Positions 40,811-53,878 of a stretch of DNA of 64,000 nt are shown piece after piece; position 1 is the stretch's first letter, and each line of letters starts with the position of its first letter. The DNA is taken from the NCBI RefSeq assembly GCF_039541115.1, contig NZ_BAABFP010000005.1:186001-250000 (forward strand). Reading direction: 5' to 3'. Source of the DNA: Angustibacter luteus. GTDB taxonomy: Bacteria; Actinomycetota; Actinomycetes; Actinomycetales; Angustibacteraceae. The notes beneath the pieces were generated by a model that saw only the letters and a list, made by a program, of their open reading frames with translations, had not been told where the DNA came from and did no database searches. Made by a program: the position numbers and the translations under genes.

Positions 40811-41242
40811 GTGCCCGACGACGTCGCCCCGCCAGCCCCGTTCAGCTGGCCGTTCGACGTGCGGTTCCACGAGGTCGACGCCCTCGGCGTGGTCTTCAAC
40901 ATGTGGTACTTCGCCTACTGCGACGCCGCCCAGGCCGCGTTCTTCGCGCACCTGGGCACGCCGTCGTCCGGGCTGAACGCCGAGGGGCTGGACGTGCTGC
41001 TGCGGCACGCCGACGTGCAGTGGGTGGGGTCGCTCGGGCCGCACACGAGCGCCGAGGTGCGGGTGCACCCGGTCTCGGTCGGCAGCACGTCGCTGGTGCT
41101 GCGGTTCGAGGTGGTCCGGGTGCCGGACGGGCAGATGGTCTTCACGGCCCAGATCACCTACGTCTGTGTCCGGGTGGCCGAGCGGGAGCCGGTGCGGGTG
41201 CCCGAGGCGCTGCGCGACGCGCTCGAGCGACGGATCGCCTGA
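40811..41242 (+). CDS. Acyl-CoA thioesterase (4HBT/YbgC hotdog fold)
   Basis: VRFHEVDALGVVFNMWY, VGSTS. Confidence 0.85.
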   Translation: MPDDVAPPAPFSWPFDVRFHEVDALGVVFNMWYFAYCDAAQAAFFAHLGTPSSGLNAEGLDVLLRHADVQWVGSLGPHTSAEVRVHPVSVGSTSLVLRFEVVRVPDGQMVFTAQITYVCVRVAEREPVRVPEALRDALERRIA

Positions 41243-41270
41243 CGGCGGGTCGCCGGACAACCCTGGAATT

Positions 41271-41288
41271 TATCTCGACATCAAGATA
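41271..41288. promoter_or_regulatory. 18-bp imperfect palindrome upstream of aconitase, TamR/UrtR(MarR)-like operator
   Basis: TATCTCGACATCAAGATA, AT-rich, 14 of 18 positions symmetric. Confidence 0.65.
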
Positions 41289-41344
41289 GTGTGACCGAGG
41301 ACGTGCTGCACGAGACGTGCGCACCGGTAGACGGAGGAGCAGCG

Positions 41345-44137
<2,793 letters not shown>

Positions 44138-44160
44138 GCCAGGGAGTCGTTGCGGCACGG

Positions 44161-44196
44161 GGCCCGTGAGCGGACGCGCACGTCCGCTCACGGGCC
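44161..44196 (+). terminator. Intrinsic terminator-like hairpin after acnA
   Basis: Perfect 16-bp stem GGCCCGTGAGCGGACG / CGTCCGCTCACGGGCC with 4-nt loop. Confidence 0.8.
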
Positions 44197-44517
44197 TCGT
44201 GGTGTCGACGTGACACGCCGGCGCTGCCTGGTCTCGCGTTGAGACGCCAGCGAGACCGGATCGATACGGAGCACGAATGTGCGCTTGTGTCCCTGTATGC
44301 GCCCACGCTGAGTGAGTGGGAGCAGCGGTGCGTGATCGGGTTGTCCGATCTGCGCGTTCCATCATTACCGTGATCGGTCCGAGACCTATTTGTTGTCCCG
44401 AACCACTGGACGACACGACCTCCGGCCCATACGTTGTCGCTCACAACAATTACGCCCACGTAGCGTCAACGTGTCTAACACGTGACGGACGTGCGCCGGT
44501 CGAGGAGGCGGTCTGGA

Positions 44518-45603
44518 GTGGTAGGCAAGCGCTACGTGGCAGCGATTGGGGCCCTGGGTGTGGCTCTCGCGCTGACGGCATGTGGAAGCAGTGACGACAA
44601 CGCATCGGGTGGCTCGAGCACCGCTGCGTCGAAGGGCAAGATCGGGGTCATCCTCCCCGACACCAAGTCGTCGGCTCGCTGGGAGTCGTCGGACCGTCCC
44701 GCGCTGGAGAAGGCGTTCAAGGACGCCGGGATCCCCGCGGTCATCGACAACGCCCAGGGTGACGCGACCAAGATGCAGACGATCGCGGACCAGATGCTGA
44801 CCCAGGGCGTCACCGTCCTGGCGATCGTCAACCTGGACTCCGACTCCGGTGCGGCGATCGAGGCCAAGGCGAAGAAGCAGGGCGTCGCGACGATCGACTA
44901 CGACCGTCTGACCCTCGGTGGCAGCGCGGACTACTACGTGTCGTTCGACAACTCGAAGGTCGGCACCCTGCAGGGTGAGGCCCTCGCGAAGTGCCTCGGC
45001 GACAAGCCGGCGAACATCGTCTACCTGAACGGCTCGCCGACGGACAACAACGCCACGCTGTTCGCAGCCGGTGCGCACAAGGTCCTCGACGCGAAGACCG
45101 AGTACAAGCAGGTTGCCGAGCAGGCCGTTCCCAAGTGGGACAACCTGCAGGCGGGCACGATCTTCGAGCAGATGTTCACGCAGCAGAAGGGCAAGATCGA
45201 CGGCGTGCTCGCGGCCAACGACGGCCTGGGCAACGCGGCGATCGCCATCCTGAAGAAGAACCACCTCGAGGGCAAGGTCCCGGTGACGGGTCAGGACGCA
45301 ACCGTCCAGGGTCTGCAGAACGTCCTCGACGGCAGCCAGTGCATGACGGTCTACAAGTCCGCGAAGGAAGAGGTCGGCGCTCTGGCTGACCTGGCCATCG
45401 CGATCACCAAGGGCCAGAAGGGCACCACGACCGGCACCGTTCACGACGACACGGGCAACCGCGACGTCCCCTCGGTGCTGCTGGACCCGAAGTCGATCAC
45501 CGCTGACTCGGTGAAGGACGTCGTGTCCGACGGTGGCGCGAGCGCTGCTGAGGTCTGCACCGGCGCTTACGCCGAGCTCTGCACGAAGTACGGCGTCTCC
45601 TGA
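44518..45603 (+). CDS. Sugar (xylose-type, XylF-like) ABC substrate-binding lipoprotein
   Basis: Lipobox LTAC, ILPDTKSSARWE, IDYDRL, YVSFDN, AANDG, TGQDA. GAGGAGG RBS. Confidence 0.9.
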   Translation: MVGKRYVAAIGALGVALALTACGSSDDNASGGSSTAASKGKIGVILPDTKSSARWESSDRPALEKAFKDAGIPAVIDNAQGDATKMQTIADQMLTQGVTVLAIVNLDSDSGAAIEAKAKKQGVATIDYDRLTLGGSADYYVSFDNSKVGTLQGEALAKCLGDKPANIVYLNGSPTDNNATLFAAGAHKVLDAKTEYKQVAEQAVPKWDNLQAGTIFEQMFTQQKGKIDGVLAANDGLGNAAIAILKKNHLEGKVPVTGQDATVQGLQNVLDGSQCMTVYKSAKEEVGALADLAIAITKGQKGTTTGTVHDDTGNRDVPSVLLDPKSITADSVKDVVSDGGASAAEVCTGAYAELCTKYGVS

Positions 45604-45618
45604 CGCGCTGATCGAGAT

Positions 45619-45654
45619 GGCTCCGGTGCCGACACCCGTGTCGGCACCGGAGCC
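45619..45654 (+). terminator. Intra-operon hairpin after the substrate-binding gene
   Basis: GGCTCCGGTGCCGACAC-CC-GTGTCGGCACCGGAGCC perfect inverted repeat. Confidence 0.75.
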
Positions 45655-45696
45655 GTTCGGTGGCACGATGCGTCCTGGTACTACAAAGGAGAGGTC

Positions 45697-46569
45697 ATGA
45701 CCGAGTCCGACGCGACCGACCAGCCAGCTCAGCCGGCTCAGCCCGCCCCTGCGGACCGTCCGTCCTCCCCGGGCAGCGCGAAGAGCGCCGAGCCAGGGAC
45801 CCCGTTGCTCGAGCTGCGCGGGATCAACAAGAGCTTCGGTGCCGTGCAGGTGCTGCACGACGTCGATCTCAAGATCTACCCGGGGCAGGTCACGGCGCTG
45901 GTCGGTGACAACGGCGCGGGGAAGTCGACGCTGGTGAAGACCATCGCTGGCATCTACTCCGCGGACTCCGGCGAGTACCTGTTCGACGGCAAGCCGGTTG
46001 CCGTGCACGGACCCAAGGACGCTGCGGCGCTGGGGATCGAGATCGTCTACCAGGACCTCGCGCTGTGCGACAACCTGGACATCGTCGAGAACATGTTCCT
46101 CGGCCGCGAGACCCGGTCGGGCGTGCTGCTCGACGAGGCCTCGATGGAGGACCAGGCCCGCAAGACGCTGGCCTCGCTGTCCGTCCGCACCGTGAAGTCG
46201 GTGCGCCAGTCCGTCGCCAGCCTCTCCGGCGGCCAGCGACAGACCGTCGCCATCGCCAAGGCGGTGCTGTGGAACTCCAAGGTCGTGCTGCTGGACGAGC
46301 CGACCGCCGCCCTGGGCGTGGCCCAGACCCGTCAGGTGCTCGACCTGGTCCGCCGGCTGGCCGACCACGGTCTGGGCGTCCTCCTGATCTCGCACAACAT
46401 GGTCGACGTGTTCGAGGTGGCGGACCGCATCACCGCGCTGTACCTCGGCCGCGTGGCGGCCGACGTCCCGGCCGCCGACGTCAACCACAGCCGAGTGGTG
46501 GAGCTCATCACTGCCGGGCGTTCCGGTGACCTGGGGATCTCCAAGGCCACGGCTGCCCAGTCGGCCTAA
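45697..46569 (+). CDS. Sugar ABC transporter ATP-binding protein
   Basis: GDNGAGKST, VYQDLAL, LSGGQRQ, LLDEPTAALG. Confidence 0.93.
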   Translation: MTESDATDQPAQPAQPAPADRPSSPGSAKSAEPGTPLLELRGINKSFGAVQVLHDVDLKIYPGQVTALVGDNGAGKSTLVKTIAGIYSADSGEYLFDGKPVAVHGPKDAAALGIEIVYQDLALCDNLDIVENMFLGRETRSGVLLDEASMEDQARKTLASLSVRTVKSVRQSVASLSGGQRQTVAIAKAVLWNSKVVLLDEPTAALGVAQTRQVLDLVRRLADHGLGVLLISHNMVDVFEVADRITALYLGRVAADVPAADVNHSRVVELITAGRSGDLGISKATAAQSA

Positions 46570-46614
46570 CGCGCGACGCCCTTCAACTCAGCCCCACCCT
46601 GCGAGGAGCAGACG

Positions 46615-47886
46615 ATGACGACGACGTCCAGCGACGAGGCCAGCGTCGCAGGCACCGACTTCAGCGGTGACCAGCGCGCGACGACGGTGGCGGGTGCGAC
46701 CCGCGAGTACGTCGACAAGCTGCGCGGCGGTGACATGGGAGCCCTGCCGGCCGTGCTGGGCCTCATCGTGCTGTTCCTGGTGTTCACCATCCTGCGCCCG
46801 GACACCTTCCCGTCGTTCGGCAACCTGGCGAACCTGACGGTCCAGGCCGGCCCCATCTGCGTGCTCGCGATGGGCCTGGTGTTCGTCCTGCTGCTGGGCG
46901 AGATCGACCTGTCCGCGGGTGTGGCAGGTGGTGTGGCCGCCTGTGTGATGGCGATCCTGATCAACGACAAGGGCTGGAGCTGGCCGCTGGCCGTCGTCGG
47001 TGGCGTGGCGACCGGCCTGGCGATCGGTCTGGTCATCGGTCTGCTGGTGGCCCGCCTCGGCATCCCGTCGTTCGTCGTGACGCTCGCGTTCTTCCTGGGC
47101 CTGCAGGGCATCACGCTGCGGCTGATCGGTGAGGGCGGGACGGTCCCGGTGCGCAACGACGTCATCGTGGGGATCGCCAACAGCAACCTGCCCGTCGTGT
47201 GGGGCTGGATCCTCGCGGTCTTCGTGTCGCTGGCCTACGCCGCGATCCAGCTGCTGCGCCTGCGCATGCAGATCCGGCGTCAGCTCCAGCACCCGCCGTT
47301 CGCGCTCGTGCTGGCGCGGGTGATCTCGCTGGCGGTCGTCCTCCTGGCCTTCACCTACGTGCTGAGCGCCAACCGCGCGCGGGTGCCCACGGTCACGGTG
47401 GCGGGCATCCCCTACGTCGTCCCGATCGTCGGCATCCTGCTGGTGGTCTGGACCCTGGTCCTGGGGCGCACTGGGTACGGCCGGCACATCTACGCCGTCG
47501 GTGGGAACTCCGAGGCAGCCCGCCGCGCCGGTATCGACGTGCGCCGGATCCGCATCTCGGTCTTCGTGGTGTGCTCCTCGATGGCTGCCCTGTCGGGCAT
47601 CATCGCCGCCTCGCGGCTGAACTCGGTGACGCCCGACGCCGGTGCGGGCAACACGCTGCTGTACGCGGTGGGGGCCGCCGTCATCGGCGGCACGAGCCTC
47701 TTCGGTGGCAAGGGCAAGGCGCGGGACGCCGTGATCGGTGGCCTGGTGATCGCGACCATCGACAACGGGCTCGGTCTGCTGGGTCTGCAGGCGTACGTCA
47801 ACTACCTGGTGACCGCCGGGGTCCTGCTGCTCGCCGCCTCGGTCGACGCGATCTCGCGCCGCCGCCGCAGCGCGAGCGGTATCTGA
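46615..47886 (+). CDS. Sugar ABC transporter permease
   Basis: GEIDLS, IPSFVVTLA, GRHIYAVGGN.EAARRAGI, VIGGTSLFGG. Confidence 0.93.
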   Translation: MTTTSSDEASVAGTDFSGDQRATTVAGATREYVDKLRGGDMGALPAVLGLIVLFLVFTILRPDTFPSFGNLANLTVQAGPICVLAMGLVFVLLLGEIDLSAGVAGGVAACVMAILINDKGWSWPLAVVGGVATGLAIGLVIGLLVARLGIPSFVVTLAFFLGLQGITLRLIGEGGTVPVRNDVIVGIANSNLPVVWGWILAVFVSLAYAAIQLLRLRMQIRRQLQHPPFALVLARVISLAVVLLAFTYVLSANRARVPTVTVAGIPYVVPIVGILLVVWTLVLGRTGYGRHIYAVGGNSEAARRAGIDVRRIRISVFVVCSSMAALSGIIAASRLNSVTPDAGAGNTLLYAVGAAVIGGTSLFGGKGKARDAVIGGLVIATIDNGLGLLGLQAYVNYLVTAGVLLLAASVDAISRRRRSASGI

Positions 47887-47935
47887 CCGGGGGCGGGCAG
47901 TGACGCGGGTCTACCTGCTGAGGGGGGTGTGAGAC

Positions 47936-49255
47936 GTGGCGTCAGCTCGTCGTCCGGGAACGGGCACGAACCAGGAGGCGGTGCGTCGGCACAACCTGGG
48001 CACGGTGCTCGCGCACCTGCACCACGACGGTGAGCTCTCGCGGGCCGAGCTGACGTCGCGGATGGGTCTGAACCGCAGCACCATCGGCGCGCTGGTCGGC
48101 GAGCTCGTCGAGCTCGGTGCCGTCGTCGAGGCGACGCCGGGCGAGCGGCACGGCGGGCGTCGCCCCGCGGGCCGGCCTTCCCTGGACGTGCGGCCGAGCA
48201 GCGACTCCGTGTACGTCATCGCGGTGGACGTCGGGGTCAAGGTCCTGCAGGTGGCGCGGATCGGCCTCGGTGGCGAGGTGCTGCAGCGGGCCAGCGGCCG
48301 GACGCCGGTCTCGCACAGCCCCGCCGCTGTGGCCACCGCGGTCGTCCGGCTGATCCGGCAGATCGTGGCGTCGGCACCGGCTGACGGCGCCCTGCTGGGC
48401 ATCGGTCTGGGCGTCCCGGGGGTGGTTCGCGAGCGGGACGGTGTGGTGCGGTTCGCGCCGAACCTGGGCTGGCACGACGTGCCGTTCGCCCAGCTGCTGC
48501 GCGAGCGCATGTCCCACTCGGTCCCGCTGCTGGTCGGGAACGACGCCGACCTGGGTGTCCTGGCGGAGCACACCCGCGGCGCGGGCGTCGGCTTCGACAA
48601 CCTGGTCTTCCTGATGGGCGACGTCGGCCTCGGTGGTGGCGTCATCGTCGACGCCCACCCGCTGCAGGGCATCGGCGGCTACGCCGGCGAGCTCGGGCAC
48701 CTCATCGTGAACACCCGGGGTCGGGTCTGTCGCTGCGGCAGTACGGGGTGCTGGGAGACCGAGGTCTGCCTGCCCGCCATCGCCCGGGCGCTGAGGGTGG
48801 ACGACACCGAGCTCGACCGGGTGATGGACCGGCTGGAGCAGGTCGACCGGCCGTCGGCGGCGCTGCGCGAGGTGGGGCGCTACCTGGGGATCGGGTTGGG
48901 CAGCGTGGTGAACGTGCTCAACCCCGAGGTGATCGTCCTTGGCGGGATCTTCCGCGCGCTGTTCCCGGTGATCCAGGACCAGGCGCTGCAGGCGCTCACG
49001 GATGCGGCGCTCGAGGCACCGCGCGAGCAGGTGCACGTCGTCGTGCCGATGCTCGGCGGTGACGCCGTGCTGATCGGTGCCGCCGAGAAGGCCTTCGAGG
49101 AGCTGCTCGCCGACCCGGCGCGCGCGCTGTCCGACGTGTGCCGGGACGCCGTCGCGGCCACTGCCGCACCGGAGAACCGTTCCCGGGCCCGCGACGGACT
49201 CGTCGGCCAGGGCAGCGCGCCCGGCGATCAGGCCAGGGCGAGCGTCCCCGCGTAG
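47936..49255 (+). CDS. ROK family transcriptional regulator
   Basis: wHTH (SRAEL...LNRSTI), GRP, GNDA, GELGH, CRCGSTGCWE. Confidence 0.92.
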   Translation: MASARRPGTGTNQEAVRRHNLGTVLAHLHHDGELSRAELTSRMGLNRSTIGALVGELVELGAVVEATPGERHGGRRPAGRPSLDVRPSSDSVYVIAVDVGVKVLQVARIGLGGEVLQRASGRTPVSHSPAAVATAVVRLIRQIVASAPADGALLGIGLGVPGVVRERDGVVRFAPNLGWHDVPFAQLLRERMSHSVPLLVGNDADLGVLAEHTRGAGVGFDNLVFLMGDVGLGGGVIVDAHPLQGIGGYAGELGHLIVNTRGRVCRCGSTGCWETEVCLPAIARALRVDDTELDRVMDRLEQVDRPSAALREVGRYLGIGLGSVVNVLNPEVIVLGGIFRALFPVIQDQALQALTDAALEAPREQVHVVVPMLGGDAVLIGAAEKAFEELLADPARALSDVCRDAVAATAAPENRSRARDGLVGQGSAPGDQARASVPA

Positions 49256-50424
49256 ACCTCGCCGAGGACGGCGGCGGCCGCGCCGGTGGATGCTGCGTGC
49301 AGTCCGAGCGTGCTGAGCGCGACCCGCGAGCTGCTGACCGCCGCGACCTGCTCGTCGACGACCGGCAGCAGCCAGTCCCCGAGCGGGACGAACGAGCCAC
49401 CGAGCACGATGACCTCCGGGTCGAGGGTGGCCGCCAGCACGGCCAGACCCGTTGCGAGAGAACGCCCGAAGCGCAGGACGCCGGCCCGGACCGGTTCGTC
49501 GTCGGGGCACCGTTCCGCGATCCGCGACGCCACGGTGACCGGGTCGTGGCTGCCCAGCTCGGCGAAGGACGTGCCGGTCTCGCGCAGCAGCGCCAGCAGC
49601 CCGACGGCCGTCTCCCAGCAGCCGGTGCGGCCGCAGGCACAGGGTGCACCGGCCGCACCCAGGGGGGCGTGGCCGACCTCGCCGGCCAGCCCGTGCGCCC
49701 CCCGACGCAGCTCCCCGGCCACCACGACGCCGGCGCCGACGCCGACGGTCCCGGTGAGGTACAGCAGGTCCGAGCAGCCGCGGCCGGCCCCGAACGCGGC
49801 CTCGCCGGCTGCGGCGCAGTTCGCGTCGTTGTCCACCCGTACCGTGAGCTCGCCCAGGGCATGGTCGAGGTCGGCGGCGACGTCCCGGTCGTGCCAGTGC
49901 AGGTTGGGCGCCTCGATGACGCGCCCGGTGTCCAGCTCGACCTGGCCCGGGACCGCGAGGGTCAGCCCGAGCACCCGGTGCCCGTCCGCGGTGAGCCGGG
50001 CCAGGCTGTCCTCGGCCAGGGCCAGGACGCCGTCGAGTCCAGCTCGGTCGGACTCGAGCGGGACTTGGCTGCTCAGCACCACCCGGCCGGACAGGTCGAG
50101 TGCGGTCGCGGCGAGGTAGCCGACGTTGACCTCGAGGCCGAGGCCGACGGTGTCCCGGCCGTGCAGCCGGACCGGCCGCCCAGGGCGCCCCGAGCGGCCG
50201 GTGGGTGCGACGTCCGGCTCGGCCGGGCTCTCCAGCACCGCGCCGGCGCTGGAGAGCTCGGCGACGATCGCCGAGACGGTGGCCTTAGCCAGGCCGGTGC
50301 GCTGGGCGATCGCGGCCCGGCTCGCCGAACCGTTGTCCCGCAACGACCTGAGCACCAGTGCGGTGTTCTCGCGGCGCAGCCGGTCGGTGGCCGCCGGGGC
50401 GCCCGTCGGACCGGGCGACGTCAT
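49228..50424 (-). CDS. xylR: ROK family repressor, XylR-like
   Basis: SRAAIA..TGLAKATVS, DNDAN, GEVGH, CACGRTGCWE. Directly downstream of xylA. Confidence 0.85.
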   Translation of the reverse strand: MTSPGPTGAPAATDRLRRENTALVLRSLRDNGSASRAAIAQRTGLAKATVSAIVAELSSAGAVLESPAEPDVAPTGRSGRPGRPVRLHGRDTVGLGLEVNVGYLAATALDLSGRVVLSSQVPLESDRAGLDGVLALAEDSLARLTADGHRVLGLTLAVPGQVELDTGRVIEAPNLHWHDRDVAADLDHALGELTVRVDNDANCAAAGEAAFGAGRGCSDLLYLTGTVGVGAGVVVAGELRRGAHGLAGEVGHAPLGAAGAPCACGRTGCWETAVGLLALLRETGTSFAELGSHDPVTVASRIAERCPDDEPVRAGVLRFGRSLATGLAVLAATLDPEVIVLGGSFVPLGDWLLPVVDEQVAAVSSSRVALSTLGLHAASTGAAAAVLGEVYAGTLALA

Positions 50425-50440
50425 GGCGACGGCGCCGCGC

Positions 50441-51604
50441 TCAGCCGCGAACGCCGTAGAGGTGCTCGAGCGCCAGCTGGTCCAGGTGCTCGAACGCCAT
50501 GCCGCGAACGGCCAGCTCCTCGGGGTCGGCCAGGTCGGCCTGCTCCAGGGCTCGCCAGTCCTCGCCCTCGGCCAGCGTCGGCACCGCGAGCTCGTCCAGG
50601 CGCGAGGCGAGCAGCGCCTCCTGCACCTCGGGGTCGGCCCGGAACGCGAGGGCCTTCTCGCGCAGGATCAGGTAGTTGCGCATGCAGGCCGCGGCGCTGA
50701 CCCAGACCCCGGCGTCGTCCTCGGTCCGGGACGGCTTGTAGTCGAAGTGCACCGGGCCGTCGTAGCCGCCGATGAGCAGCGTGTCCACGATCCAGAAGGC
50801 GCCGCGCACGTTGCCCGCGCCGAACCGCAGGTCCTGGTCGAACTTCGGGCCGTTCTGGCCGTTGAGGTCGATGTGGTAGAGCTTGCCCTGCCAGAGCGCC
50901 TGCGCGTACCCGTGGGCGGCGTTGACGCCGGCCATCTCCTCGTGGCCGATCTCGGGGTTCACCCCGACGAGCTCGGGCCGGTCGAGGGTCTCGATGAACG
51001 CCAGGGCGTGCCCGACGGTGGGCAGCAGGATGTCGCCGCGGGGCTCGTTGGGCTTGGGCTCGATCGCGAACCTCAGGTCGTACCCGCGGTCGGTGACGAA
51101 CTCGCCGAGCAGGTTGAACGCCTCCTGGTAGCGGTCGAGCGCGTTGGGGATGTCCTTGGACGCGCCGAACTCGGCGCCCTCGCGCCCGCCCCAGCAGATG
51201 TAGGTCTCGGCGCCGAGCTCGGCGGCCAGGTCGATGTTGCGCATCACCTTGCGGATCGCGTAGCGGCGGACGTCCCGGTCGTTGGAGGTGAAGCCACCGT
51301 CCTTGAACACGGGGTGGGTGAACAGGTTCGTCGTCGCCGTGGTCACGACCAGTCCGGTGTCGGCCAGGCCCTTGGTGAACCGGTCGATGATCCGCTGGCG
51401 CTCGGCCTCGTCGACGCCGAACGGGATGACGTCGTTGTCGTGGAAGTTGACGCCGTAGGCACCGAGGGCGGCCAGCTCGTGCAGCGAGCGGACCGGGTCG
51501 AGCGGCGCGCGGGTGGGCTCACCGAAGGGGTCGCGGCCCTGGTAGCCGACGGTCCAGAGACCGAACGAGAACTTGTCGGAGGGGGCGGGGGCGGGGATCT
51601 GCAT
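50441..51604 (-). CDS. xylA: Xylose isomerase
   Basis: [47 protein letters not shown]. Confidence 0.96.
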   Translation of the reverse strand: MQIPAPAPSDKFSFGLWTVGYQGRDPFGEPTRAPLDPVRSLHELAALGAYGVNFHDNDVIPFGVDEAERQRIIDRFTKGLADTGLVVTTATTNLFTHPVFKDGGFTSNDRDVRRYAIRKVMRNIDLAAELGAETYICWGGREGAEFGASKDIPNALDRYQEAFNLLGEFVTDRGYDLRFAIEPKPNEPRGDILLPTVGHALAFIETLDRPELVGVNPEIGHEEMAGVNAAHGYAQALWQGKLYHIDLNGQNGPKFDQDLRFGAGNVRGAFWIVDTLLIGGYDGPVHFDYKPSRTEDDAGVWVSAAACMRNYLILREKALAFRADPEVQEALLASRLDELAVPTLAEGEDWRALEQADLADPEELAVRGMAFEHLDQLALEHLYGVRG

Positions 51605-53007
51605 CAGGAGCTCCAGTCGTCGGTGCGATCGCGGAGCCTGGCGTAGGCCTCGCGGACGTGCGGGGTGGGTTCGGCGTCGAACGTGAGGGGATCGGGCAGG
51701 GACCAGGCCGGCGCGGTGTCTGCGCCGGACAGCGCCCAGGCGGCCTGCCGGGCGGCGCCGAGGGCCACGTACTGGGCGTCGCCAGGGACGACGACGGACC
51801 GGCCGAAGACGGCCGGGGCCAGCTCGCGCACGGCCTGGCTGCGGGCACCGCCGCCGACCAGGACGATGCGGCCGACCTCGAGGCCGGTGACCTCGACGAG
51901 CCGGTCGACGGCGTCGGCGAGCGAGCAGAGCAGGCCCTCGACGGCGGCCCGCGCCAGGTGCTCCGGTCCGGTCGCCGTGGTCAGGCCGTGCAGGGTGCCG
52001 TGGGCGTCGGGGCGGTTGGGGGTGCGCTCGCCGTCCAGGTAGGGCAGCAGGGTCAGTCCGCCGGCCCCGGCGGGCGCGGACAGCGCTAGCGAGGCAAGGC
52101 CCTCGTGGTCGGTGCCCAGCAGCCGGGCCGTGGTGTCCAGCACCCGTGCGGCGTTCAGCGTGCAGACCAGTGGCAGGAACGCGCCGGTGGCGTCGCAGAA
52201 GCCCGCGACCTCGCCGCTGGGGTCGGCGCACGCCGCGCCGGCGACGGCGGACGCGACACCGGACGTACCGATCGAGACCGCGACATCCCCGGGGCGCAGG
52301 CCCAGGCCCAGCGCGGCGGCCATGTTGTCGCCGGTGCCGGGCGCGACCAGCGCGCCAGTCGACGTCCGGCCGACCACCTCGGCCGGTGCGGCCACCCGGG
52401 GGAGTGCGAACTCGTGCCCGAGGGCGTCCGCGGCGAGGTCGGGCCGCCACGCGTCGTCCGCGGGCGAGAAGTATCCGGTCCCCGAGGCGTCGCCGCGGTC
52501 CGTGGTGGGGTCGTCGGCCCGTCCCCCGAGGTGCCAGGTGAGCAGGTCGTGCGGGAGCAGCACGCGGCGGACGCGCTCGGCGCGCTCGGGCTCGAAGTCG
52601 CGCAGCCAGCGCAGCTTGGTCGCCGTGAACGAGGCGACCAGCAGTGAGCCGACCGCGTCGGCGGTAGCCTGCGGGCCGCCCCACTCCTGGATGAGCTGGC
52701 CAGCCGCGTCGGCGGACCGGACGTCGTTCCAGAGCAGCGCGGGGTGCACGGCGGTCTCCGTGGCGTCCAGCGCCACCATGCCGTGCTGCTGCGCGCCCAC
52801 GGCCACGGCGGCGGCGCGGGGGAGCAGGTCGGCGGTGACGGCGTCCAGCGCCTCCAGCCAGGCCCGCGGGTCGACCTCGGTGCCGTCGGGGTGCGCGGTG
52901 GTGCGTTCGTCGACCAAGCTGCCGTCCGCGGCGCGGACGAGCAGCGCCTTGACGGACTGGGTCGAGGAGTCGATCCCGAGCACCAGGTCGTCGGACGTCG
53001 TCGTCAT
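51604..53007 (-). CDS. xylB: Xylulokinase
   Basis: [43 protein letters not shown] overlap with xylA. Confidence 0.93.
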   Translation of the reverse strand: MTTTSDDLVLGIDSSTQSVKALLVRAADGSLVDERTTAHPDGTEVDPRAWLEALDAVTADLLPRAAAVAVGAQQHGMVALDATETAVHPALLWNDVRSADAAGQLIQEWGGPQATADAVGSLLVASFTATKLRWLRDFEPERAERVRRVLLPHDLLTWHLGGRADDPTTDRGDASGTGYFSPADDAWRPDLAADALGHEFALPRVAAPAEVVGRTSTGALVAPGTGDNMAAALGLGLRPGDVAVSIGTSGVASAVAGAACADPSGEVAGFCDATGAFLPLVCTLNAARVLDTTARLLGTDHEGLASLALSAPAGAGGLTLLPYLDGERTPNRPDAHGTLHGLTTATGPEHLARAAVEGLLCSLADAVDRLVEVTGLEVGRIVLVGGGARSQAVRELAPAVFGRSVVVPGDAQYVALGAARQAAWALSGADTAPAWSLPDPLTFDAEPTPHVREAYARLRDRTDDWSS

Positions 53008-53016
53008 GGGAAGCAT

Positions 53017-53043
53017 CTTCGTTCGAGTCGTGAACTAAGTCAA
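53017..53043 (-). promoter_or_regulatory. xylB promoter with XylR-type palindromic operator
   Basis: Minus strand TTGACT-N17-GAAGAT-N7-ATG. Palindrome CTTAGTTC-N7-GAACGAAG lies across the spacer. Confidence 0.7.
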
Positions 53044-53148
53044 GACCACGGGGCGGGGAGAGCGCGCCGAGACGAGGGAAGAGGGGCGCCCGTGGGGCCT
53101 CGAGTGCCCCACTCCGCTGACCTGGACGTCCGCGGGCAGGATGGGTCC

Positions 53149-53448
53149 GTGCCCGTGCAGCTGCTGGACGCCGATCCCGACCCCGAGGTCGTGGACGGCC
53201 TCTCTGACGTGCTCGTCGACTGCGTGGCCGGCGGTGCGAGCGTCGGGTTCCTAACCGGTCTCACGGCGGACGCCGTCGGGCTGGGCCGCACGCTGCTGGT
53301 CCTGGACACCGAGACCGGCAGCGACGCCGAGTCGCTGTACGCCCGCCGGGGGTGGCGTCGAGTCGGGTCGATCGAGGACTTCGCGCTCACGCCGGACGGC
53401 GCGCTGTCCGGCACCACGATCTTCAGCAAGCGGCTGGACACCCCGTGA
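53149..53448 (+). pseudogene. Internally deleted GNAT acetyltransferase
   Basis: N-terminal [11 protein letters not shown] is joined almost directly to C-terminal RTLLVLDTETGSDAE.LY...GW. The central acetyl-CoA binding motif A is absent. 99 aa. Confidence 0.65.
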
Positions 53449-53816
53449 CCGACGCCCAGCTGCCGCCGGGCTGGCCAGCGGCGGTCCGCCCGCCCGGCAC
53501 TCCCGGCTGGCAGCACACCGCCACCGGCTGGCTGCTCGACCAGTGCCCGTCGGAGTACCGCGCCCACCCCGTGCTGCGTCAGCAGCCCGTCGCCCTGGCC
53601 TGGCTGGCGCTGCGACACGTCACGGCCCAGGGGCAGGCGAACACGGCCGCCCGAGCCGAGGGCCGCGCCGACCTGCGTGAGCACCTCGACCCGGCGGCCC
53701 TGGACGCGTTCCTGGTCGCGCTCGACCACGAGCACGCCCGGCTGCTCGAGCTGCACCGCGCCGTCCGCCTCGTCGGCGACGCGCTGCGCGGCCTGCGGTA
53801 CGTGCCGAGGTTGTGA
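53445..53816 (+). CDS. Hypothetical protein
   Basis: GTGA-coupled ORF with GC3-rich codons. PPGWP..V.PP...W......WLLD.CP.EYR...VLR pattern resembles actinobacterial hypotheticals. Confidence 0.75.
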   Translation: MTDAQLPPGWPAAVRPPGTPGWQHTATGWLLDQCPSEYRAHPVLRQQPVALAWLALRHVTAQGQANTAARAEGRADLREHLDPAALDAFLVALDHEHARLLELHRAVRLVGDALRGLRYVPRL

Positions 53817-53878
53817 AGACCGCCACGCTCCGGGTCGCCGTGCGCGACGCGAGCGCGGCCCGCACCTAGACTGGCCGG

